Source: Octopus vulgaris
Taxonomy: Eukaryota
Reading direction: 5' to 3'
Assembly (NCBI GenBank): GCA_951406725.2
Contig: OX597817.1
Coordinates: 129,952,001 to 130,016,000 of the forward strand
DNA: 64,000 nt
The notes below the pieces were generated by a model. That model saw only the letters and a list, made by a program, of their open reading frames with translations. It was not told where the DNA came from and searched no databases. The translations under genes were made by a program, and so were the position numbers. Every line of letters begins with the position of its first letter. Within the stretch, counting starts at the first letter, position 1. This document shows positions 54,873 to 64,000 of this stretch, piece by piece.

Positions 54873-55105
54873 CGTTGCTCTTTCAGAAAATGGAAAAATA
54901 GTTTCACCATTCCATAGCAAAACCGTTGTACTTTGACAATTTTTGATATCTTGGCATCTGAAATAGCTGGAGTTACGATAGTTTGACTAAAAGAACCGGT
55001 TACTGCAAGCAAAAATAAATATTGAAAAAAAACACATTTGGCCAAATTTGGACATACGACAGTTTAACATGATAGCAATGATATGTTTGTGTGTATGTGT
55101 GTGTG

Positions 55106-55165
<60 letters not shown>

Positions 55166-55214
55166 TATATATGCATATATATATCGCGAAAATATGTTGA
55201 TGGACATTTTCTAT

Positions 55215-55350
55215 ATTTCTGATGAAGAGCTCCGCTCGAAACGTGGAATCCTCTTTCTTTGCTTTCCTTTCCTGAGCGTCCAATAACACTGTACTTATTC
55301 CACGTCCTCGCGTTGTTGTATTTTCTTGCTTGTTCATGTTTGGATTGACT
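55215..55350 (+). mobile_element. PLE terminus with minimal hammerhead
   Basis: attt-CTGATGA-a-gagc(tcc)gctc-GAAA-CGTG-gaat at 55215-55249; downstream gagcgtccaataac resembles the 1061 family; ends in (TA)n. Confidence 0.65.
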
Positions 55351-55829
55351 AGATATATATATATATATGAATGCATGAGTGGGTGGGTAAATATGTGTTT
55401 AGACATGAAAGATTTGAATAGTTTTTTCTCTCAATTCCAGAAAGCAATAATTTTCAAGATAATTTGAAAAAAGAATTTGTATTGTTTACGCATATTTTAT
55501 CTTCTGATAAAACTGAAAAATCTTTGCAGCAGTAATATTAGGAAATATAAAGGCTTCTATCTTATAACGGAACTAGCGTATATAAAACTGTTGTACCGCA
55601 AGTTCGATGTACGATATCACGGGATAATAATAATGTCCTTGAAAACCGTTCAACTCAAGACACTGGTAATAACCCTCGACAATACTCACTCTCGGCTTTA
55701 CTCAGCGCTACACCACTGAAGGCTTTCTGCGTATGTTCATTTATATTGTCGCACAGTCCATTAGGAGCCAACCAATAGGGCTGTTCTACTTCTACCCAAC
55801 AAAAACATAGCTCTAAAGATAACACACTG

Positions 55830-56012
55830 CTGAATTAATCGAGAAGTGAAGGAAATAGCTGATAAGCTCAAGATACATGATGGAATACAATACTTAGCCT
55901 CTCTCCTATCTCTCTATCACTCTCAATGACTATATATTAAACTTTGAAAGTAACCTGTATATCAATCCTACTATACCAGAGGTAGGAATAGTTAACAAGA
56001 AAATATTGGGAG
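55830..56012 (+). mobile_element. Penelope-like RT N-terminal remnant
   Basis: INREVKEIADKLKIHD..., ITLNDY..NFESN and INPTIPEVGIVNKKIL resemble PLE ITLKDHKxNF..RLINPxKxEIG. Confidence 0.6.
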
Positions 56013-56284
56013 CGATAGGTTTTAGGGTTAGAGTAGTTTTATATTGTCTTTATGATATTGTACTTCAAAAGCATTAAAATGGTGGTGAGATAAACGATGT
56101 AGAAACCAAGCTTTTATTGACTAAAGTCTCAGAAGTTCGCAAATACTACTACGGATGATAGAATCTGCCATTACCATAATTATGAATAAAAACGAATTAA
56201 ACCTCGCCTGCATAGTGAAGGATTTTAGCAATGTGGTGATTGTAGTTTTTGCAATTTTTATTGTTATTGTTGCTAAAAATGTTT

Positions 56285-56492
56285 TAGTAGTTGCTTGTGC
56301 AAAGCTTGGGTAACCTTCATTGATCAAACCTATGATCACAAGCATTCCAGCCGTGACCATCACTTTTTTATGGATATTTCTAGAAATACATTATCTAATG
56401 TATATTCTCAGCTGTCAAAATTGTCGATCATAAATTGAGTAAGATCTAACTGCTATTTCTAACAGGTCGAGCAACCAAGTAGAGCCTCCTTC
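56285..56492. mobile_element. Ancient dispersed repeat family (about 200 bp, (GTT)n at one end)
   Basis: Motifs ctatgatca..cattccagccgtgaccatc and gctatttcta.caggt.gagcaacc recur near 4440, 37330, 37550, 46150, 57400 and 58335, and inverted near 10570 and 30050. Confidence 0.6.
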
Positions 56493-57825
56493 AATGGTTT
56501 TATTGCTGTGTAGTTTCCAAGTCAGCTCTAATTGTATGTAGACGTTCCATCTATGGCCATTCCAAAGGAAGAAGGAAAGATAGAAGGAAAAAATGAATGC
56601 GAAAATGTATGAGAAAAAGAAGGAAAGAAAAGTATGAAAAAGAGGAAGGGAAATGAATGAACTAAAGAGAATGAAATAAGGATACACAAGAAAAGAAAAG
56701 AAAAGAAACAAAGAATGAAAGAAAGAAAGAGTTAATAGAAAAGAAATATGAAAGTTTCTCTCAGATGTAAAGGGAATGAAAATAGAAAAGAAGAAAATAA
56801 GAAAAAAGGGTAAGGATGGAAATGTGATGGTGGTGGTGGTGGTGGTGGTGGTGGTGGTAGTAGTAGTAGTAGTAATACAAGGCTGATGAGAGTAGTAGTA
56901 ATAAAGGTGTTGTTGTTGGCGGTGGCGGTGGTGTACGGAATAAAGGATCTAATTAAGTAACTTCAGTCGGTAATTTTCGGTACACACGGAATGGTTCTGG
57001 AGAATTCCTTTAACCCTGTCAGCAACAATGGTTTGTTCAAATGGTGTTCATATTGGTGGTGGTAGTGGAGGTGGGTAGTTAAGGTAGGGGTGGTGTTGGT
57101 TTTGCTGTTGTTGTTGTGTTGCAGAAGGTGTTGCTGATGACTATAGTTGTAATCGTGGTGGTAGCGGCGGCGACAATGGTGGTGCTGGTGATGATGGTGT
57201 TGGTGGTGTTGGTGGTAGTTAGAGTGAAGCAATGATGGGGGTGATGATAATATTTTTGCTAGTGATAGTAGTATTATTAGTAATCAGTATTAGTAGTATT
57301 GGTAATAGTGTTTGCAGTGGTGGTGGTGGAGGTCATGATTGTACTTAAGAGTCATCATGGTCAGGTTGGTATTATTCGTAATAGTGTTTAGGTTGTTACA
57401 GCTGTTTAGCCCTAGGTTACGCCTGACTGAGCAAAGTTATGATCAGAGGTGTTCAAGCCTTGATCATCCACATTTCTTTTGTAATTCATACTATTCTCCA
57501 GATTGCATTAACCAATGTGTCCTATTTTTAAGGATTTGTGAGAGATTTGACTACCATTTCTAGTAAGTAGAGCAGTCCTTGTTGAGGAGGTAGTATAATG
57601 AGGTGTTAATATCTAATATTTATAGTAGTAACATTGATGTGGCAGTGATTCTGTATGGGTGATAGTAGCTAAAGTGGTGATGTTTGGCGCGAGAAATTAA
57701 AAGTAATAGTTTAGGGGGCACATGTACTGCTGAGGTGCCAAAGGTGGTAGTGATGGTGGTGGCTGCTATAATGATGATGGCTATAATATTAATGATTGTG
57801 GTGGTGATGTTGGTATTGGTGGAAA

Positions 57826-57960
<135 letters not shown>

Positions 57961-58515
57961 AAAGGTAGCCGTCTAGGTGGTAATGGCGGTAGCAGTGACG
58001 AGTCTGTGATGGTGATGAGTCATTCTCACCTTTCCAGTAATAATAAACGGTGGAATTTACGAGCAAAGAGAATATTATAGCGTCGAGTTGGTGATGGTGG
58101 TGGCAACAGTGGCGGCGGTGATGGTGGTGATGGTGTGAAGTGTGACGGTGTGGTGGCGATATACGAGAGGGGGCGGGGTGTCTATTAAGGAGAATTTTAC
58201 AATGTGGTGGTAGTGCTGGTGACGATGGGGATTTTATCAAAGACATACAAAAGGGTTGTTGATAAGGTGTTTGTATACGTGTGTATTGCATGTATGTGTT
58301 TGTTGGCGTAGTGTTGTAGGTATGTGCTAGTGTTGTTGTTTAAACCCAGGTAGAAATCTGATCGAGCAGATATATGGTCGAAGGCGTTCCAGCCACGACC
58401 ATCTCATCGATATAAACATATATCTAGGGTTACGTTATCTAATGACATCCACGCACTCACCTTCACTTGATAAGAGTGCAATCTGATGGGAATATGGCTC
58501 CCACGTTGGTTTTAT

Positions 58516-58564
<49 letters not shown>

Positions 58565-59140
58565 GCGCGTGTGTTAATTAGCGTCAGGTGTTGTGTATTG
58601 GTTATGTCTATATATTAGTGTATTAGGATGAATGCATGAATATGTGTTTGTGTGTGTGTCTGTGTGTGTGTGTATGTGTGTGTGTGTGTTTGTGAATGTC
58701 GTGTTAATTTACGTGATATACAAGTGTACATGTGTAATTAGGTGCCTAGCTAAAGTACGTATGTGTTTAGTTATGTGTGCATTTATATGTGTAGTTTGGA
58801 GTTATATGTATAGTTGGGCGTGTATGTAGTTATATGTATATTTAGGCATGTGTATACATAGTATGTATATATAGTCGTGTATGTAGTTTTGCGTAGAGTT
58901 GTGTGTGTAGTTATGTATGTTGCTATGTGTAGTAATATGTGTGTAGCACTATCTGAGTTCTGCAGGGGTGTACTTTGGCAAATGACTTGATCTGAGACCA
59001 TGTTTTTAAACTAAAACAATTACAACATGGAACACACATTTTAGCAATTCAAAAACACATATACATAGTTAATTTCATTCAAATATTTATTATTTGATGT
59101 CAACATTTATATGAAATATTTATGTAGTTATTTAATTTAT

Positions 59141-59424
59141 GTGAAGGCGCATGGCTTTTGATCGTGAGGTTGTGAGTTCGATTCCCGGACCGGGTTGCGT
59201 GTTGTGTTCTTGAGCAAGACACTTTATTTCACGTTGCTCCAGTTCACTCAGCTGTAGAAATGAGTTGCGACGTCACATGTGCCAAGCTGTATCGGCCTTT
59301 GCCTTTCCCTTGGATAACACTGGTGGCGTGGAGAGGGGAGGCCAGTATGCATGGGCTTGTACCTAGGAGGGTAAACTCCCTAGGTGCAATCCCATGGTCA
59401 ATCATGACCGAAAGGGGTCTTAGC
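59141..59424 (+). mobile_element. SINE family C, tail type 3, with target-site duplication
   Basis: B box gagttcgattccc; CORE-like ttgagcaagacacttt; atttaatttatgtg duplicated at 59130 and 59425. Confidence 0.9.
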
Positions 59425-59519
59425 ATTTAATTTATGTGTAAAATTTGTGCAACGTGTGCATAGTTAGCTATTGTGTGTAACTATGTATGTAGTATCTCCA
59501 TCAACTCCTGGCACTCTCT

Positions 59520-59890
59520 TATCCCTAAATGTAGCTAAAGACTAAGAAGAGGTGAAGGACAGCCACAAGAATGAATGAGTAGTGAACGAGGTATTTGCCA
59601 GTGAAACTTGGCAGTCGAGGGTTTTCAGGTTGTACACTGAATAAGACCTATGGGACGCTGGATGTTTCAGGTACATACAGAAGAAGAGACATCAATAAAG
59701 AATATTGTAGAGGCTGCTGTGAAAACATTCAAATGGCTCTGGCTGAAAAGAGGGGATTCTTGGGTCTAAGCTTGATCAACCCAGATCGAATCGCCTGGAT
59801 GAAGGTGTATGTTGTGAGGCCCGAAACATCGAGTGAATCCGAGATAAAACGCTGACGTTGTGCTCAAGCATTGCATCTGTAGATGTAAGA
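59520..59890 (+). mobile_element. HERO-like RLE non-LTR retrotransposon 3' end
   Basis: PVKLGSRGF..L.KTY.TL..SG..RRR, and in a shifted frame AAVKTFKWLWLKRG, resembling the PVEVGCRGF...WLWLKR C-terminus. Confidence 0.7.
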
Positions 59891-59927
59891 TGTCAACGTA
59901 CATCTACAACTTGTAGATGTATGTGTA

Positions 59928-60133
59928 GTTGTTGTTGTTGTTAAGCAACAAGACGGGTAAGGGTGATTAGGTGATGGTCTAGGGCTTAGGGGCGGGAGAC
60001 CCCAGACCTTGGAAAAAAAAACTGTGGTCGTCTTGTTGTAGTCCAGAGCTCTTCGTTAACGCCAGACACCACTGGGAGGTGGCCCTCGAAGTCGCTGGAA
60101 ATGGAGATCTCCATGTCCAAATTCTTGAACGGC
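59928..60133 (-). mobile_element. LINE 3' end with (AAC)n tail, possibly Ingi/Nimb-like
   Basis: GC-rich block ending in (caa)n on the minus strand; EELWT..P motif. Confidence 0.4.
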
Positions 60134-60683
60134 TGTAGTTAAGTATGTAGTTTCGTGTAAGAAGATGTGCAGTTAAGTATGTAGTTATGTGTAGGTGTGT
60201 ATATTTATGCGTATAAGTAGATGTGTAGTTATATATATACGTCAGGTAACGAATGCAATTATGCTTGTAGTTAGGTTTTTATTTAAATGTATCCTATTGT
60301 TAGTTGCGTAGCTAGCTATATATGAGTAATTAGCTTTGTACATTATAAGTGCAAATATTCTTTCAAACGGACACTTTCAAATAAGAAAATGGTATGTATA
60401 AACAATAGTTTGTATAATTTAAATACACCATTCATCTTTCTCATTGCTTCAGACTCTACATACTTCTTCCCACCTCTCTCTCTTCTCACATTCTCTGCTC
60501 TATATCTTTCTCCCTTCATTATTTATGGTTCTTCTCTTCTATCCCACTTTAAAATAATTCTCAACAATCCCGGCGCCGTATCTGTCTGTTAGTCTATCTG
60601 TCTGCCTATCTGTATGTCTGTCTGTTCATCTGTCTCTGTCTATTTGTTTGTCTGTCTTTCTCTCCCCCTCTCTTTTTATCTAA

Positions 60684-60723
<40 letters not shown>

Positions 60724-60726
<3 letters not shown>

Positions 60727-60916
60727 ATTTCTTTATTGCCCACAGGGGGCTAAACATAGGGGGGACAAACAAGGACAGACAAAGGGATTAAGTCGATTAC
60801 ATCAACCCCAGTGTGTAACTGGTACTTATTTAATCGACCCCGAAAGGATGAAAGGCAAAGTCGACCTCGGCGGAATTTGAACTCAGAACATAACAGCAGA
60901 CGAAATACTGCCAAGC
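60724..60916 (-). mobile_element. SINE family B with an alternative, Tx1-like tail
   Basis: Core cgaccccgaaaggatgaaaggcaaagtcgacc; tail tttctttattgcccacagggg resembles 6867. Confidence 0.8.
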
Positions 60917-61522
60917 TTCAAATTAGCTTTCTCCTTTCTAGTTTTGAGAATCCTAATTTCTCAAGATTGTTATTTAGGCAGTGTGTTACATATTTCAGAG
61001 CCCTTATAATTAAAGATACAAACCTGAACTTGTAATTTGGATAGGGTAACTGCAGATCCCTCAACAGTTCAGCGTAGGTATTCTCTTTTTCACTGATCTT
61101 CAGCTTTATATTAACATCCGCTGGGCAGCTAATTTCCACAACTGTACAGTTCCTCTTCTCTATCACAAATCATCATATAAGATCTGTTGTGCTTACACTT
61201 TATTGAGGTCTTCACTGGGACATCCCATCAATACTCCTTTTTATCATGAGTGGCTATGGCTTCTACCATACTCTGGGTTCTTATTTCTTTGTCCTCGGGG
61301 TTATCCTTCTGACAGATTTCATTATATAGTGTCCTAACTACAACATCATGTCTTATCGGTAGATAACACCGTGATGACATTTTCGGTCAACTGCTTATGA
61401 TATGGGTAATATCTTCGGTGTTAACTCCACAAATTCTACACCGGTTGTCACATTTTACTGCTTTTCCTGCATCTCTTTCCCTTTTATGCATCAGGTACTT
61501 GGTTGATATTTCCTGTTCCTGT
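60917..61522 (-). mobile_element. R4/Dong-like fragment (CCHC knuckle plus RLE)
   Basis: QEQEISTKY..., CRICGVNTEDITHIISS, RHDVV, CTVVEISCPADVNI...EKENTY. Confidence 0.85.
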
Positions 61523-62499
61523 ATCTATGTATGCATATGAGTTATAGAATTACCGGATCGTTTCCGAAAAGTTAACGGATATTTTTCCAAAATTTGGTGT
61601 TATTTATTGAAGAAAGTGAAGTAACTCATATAAACGTCTATATTTCCTCTTTAGGTGGGGTGGGGGAGAAAAAGAGGAATCTGAATACAAGAAAAGAAAG
61701 ATGAGAGTGCTTGCCTGTGTTCGTAAAATATAATTAAAAGTTACTATGTTTATTTAATATTGGAAAATTTTAACTGTTTGTGGATTTCAAGAAGATTTGC
61801 AATGTTATATAAACAAATAAATACATAAAAAATATTTAAGATGGAGAATTAATTTATGGAGTAGAGTGTAGATATAAAGTTACTGCTAATCTGGAGAAAT
61901 AAATGAGTACAATAAGTAAAAGAGGTCTTATCTTGGATCAGTCAGTCGGTTCAACGAAATAGAATGTCAGTAGTAAATGCCATTTGTAAGAAGTTAAACG
62001 AATTAGGGTTAGGCAAATTGAAAAAAAATATTTATATATGAAATTAAAGGATAATTGTAGGAAACAAATAGGTTTAGAATGGGGATTATAGGAATTCCAT
62101 GCTAGGAATTAAATGCTAAGAGACTTTAATTCTTGATGGTTAATAGTGTTTGTAGTTAGTCGAATTAATTGATTAATAAAGAGTAGAATTTTGTAGTTTT
62201 ATTTTGTGGGATTATGTTATGATGCAATTGGTTGTTTGTAAAAGTGTAAACGTTAGAGTGAGTAAAATGTCAGAAAGTAATAATCTTGAGTTCTGAATGA
62301 TTAAGCGGAGAGTGACACTTAAATATGGAATTGAGTATAGAGTAGAAGGGAAATCAGTATAATTATATGAACGGAAGAGATAGAGAGAAATTATAAGGTT
62401 AAGTGAAATAGAAAGAAGGAAAATGCATAGGGTTGAATATCAAAATGATATGAATATATAGGAGGGTTTGTAAATAAGCAATTATGAATGTATATTGAA

Positions 62500-62615
62500 G
62501 AAAGGAATGGTTGTGCGGCACTTTGGGTAAGAGCTTTTTTATATAACCCAAGGCCGATCGAAATAGTGGGAAGAAGAGAATTTGGTAGACGAAAACTGTG
62601 CAGAAACCCAACATG
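62500..62615 (+). mobile_element. SINE family A core remnant
   Basis: gaatttggtagacgaaaactgtgcagaaaccc. Confidence 0.55.
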
Positions 62616-62859
62616 TGCGTGTGTGTGTGTGTGAGTGTAATGTAAAGTGAGAAAATAATTATATATGCAAAAGCATATAAACTAAGGTTAAGAGTTGGGT
62701 GTGGTTTGTAGACGTTGTATGTCGAGTGTGGAGGATTACGGTCAAATGTGAAAGGGTAGATGCTGAGGGCGATATGTTAGTATGTTTGTGAGCGTGAGAA
62801 TAAGGATTATGGATATAAGTGTGTGCACAAGGAAGGAGTATGAGGTAACGTGAGGGCAT

Positions 62860-63950
62860 GTCAGTGTGAGAATCCGAGTTTAGTAAACTGAGAGTAATAA
62901 TTTAGACTATAAAGAAAAAAGAGCTTCCGTTTCTTTTAGAAGCGAACGGTTGGGGATTCGATGTTGGAGGCCAAACCATAGACTGAAAGATACTGGAATG
63001 CAGAGGCTGACAGAGCAGAAATGTTAAGCAACAGGCGACCTGTTGTGAAGTGGATTGTCTGTGAGATGATCTACGAATCTCTTTACAGAGGGTACTGTGT
63101 GCTTCCTTACTCCAATCCCTTTACAGAGGGCACTGAGTGCTTTTTCACATACCAAGCACTAGTAAGATCATCAAATAACTTACAAGATAGGACCCCTCAA
63201 CTGAGTAGGGGTGTAGTATTGAGGAGGCTTTATGTCAGGTGACGAAAGGTTAAATTATGATAGAGCGACAGAAACAGGTGTCTTTCTTAACTGTGGCAGT
63301 AAATTGGAACCCTGTCATGAACAATGTTTGCTCAAATTTTTCTTAACAATTTTATTCGCTGAGAAATCTCTCCACCAACAAAGAAGAGACATTTGGCTGT
63401 CAATTTGCCGATGTAAATTGAAAAGCAGAGGGAGCACTTCACTGCATTAATATAGTTGATGAGTGTACATCAGACACGGTGGAAACAGAGAAAGTAAGAG
63501 CCTAGGATAATGTGTTTAGTGCAAGTTGAGTTGGAGAAGGAAAAATCAGAATCCGAATCAGAAGTGGAAGTCGATGGTTTTAAATAAAACGAATGATGTC
63601 AAGGAAATTGACTACGGTTTCAGAGATGGAGGAGGTACATTGAAGATACGAGTGAAATGAACTGACAAGAGAGTTGAAAAAGTTTAGTTGCTTGTGACAG
63701 AAGGAGCTGTAGATCTCTGAAACGAGACCAATGAACTGAAAAAGATTTGAAACAAACCGTAACCTACGAATAGGTTGGTGTATTTGGGGCTCTTTATTGT
63801 GTCCATGGCCAATCCAGTAATATGCTTTACACACACAAAAAAGAAACAATCAAGTGTAAATACAACTTAGTCTAAGGGAAAGAGGGGAAACACTTGGATA
63901 AAAATTGGCGGCGCGGATGTCTTCGTCGAGAAGGATGGCGGTATAATAAA
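62860..63950 (-). mobile_element. Degenerate Penelope-like element (RT, thumb, GIY-YIG)
   Basis: LNFFNSLVSSFHSYLQCTSSISETVVNFLDI (RT motifs 6-7); a decayed YxKPTD-like motif; DHLTDNPLHNRSPVA*HF (nuclease EH..PVAxHF). Confidence 0.8.
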
Positions 63951-64000
63951 GTGATGATGATCATGCTGAAGTAATTGGAAACCGGAGAGAAAAGGAAAAG

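Larger units (their letters stand above)
58750..60330 (+). repeat. Degenerate atgtgtagtt low-complexity array split by three retroelement insertions
   Basis: tgtagtt motif recurs at 58750-58950, 59450-59495, 59910-59930 and 60135-60330. Confidence 0.65.

Overview
AT-rich eukaryotic non-coding DNA saturated with microsatellites ((TA)n, (CA)n, (TACA)n, (ATCT)n, (AAT)n, (TTC)n and others) and decayed transposons. The repeat landscape suggests a coleoid cephalopod such as Octopus; this is an inference. No host protein-coding gene can be supported, and almost all listed ORFs are microsatellite translations. Recognisable elements are: a near full-length mariner plus fragments; a 5'-truncated CR1-group LINE; R4/Dong, Tx1, RTE and HERO-like LINE ends; an internally deleted Helitron; a hAT MITE; several tRNA-derived SINE families with exchanged 3' tails; and many Penelope-like element (PLE) remnants. 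The most striking unannotated signal is about ten minimal hammerhead-ribozyme-like motifs, several sitting in foldback cassettes next to (TA)n tracts. These include a spacerless 390-bp palindrome with a hammerhead on each strand (2372-2761) and a hammerhead-like motif with non-nested strand order in a HERO-like 3' UTR (59804-59865). Also notable are a 2-kb A/T-tract array that flips orientation and is fused to a LINE 5' end, an 18-bp minisatellite that keeps a YKHHL reading frame, and three R4/Dong ends stacked in one (AAT)n tract. All calls are by eye and boundaries are approximate.
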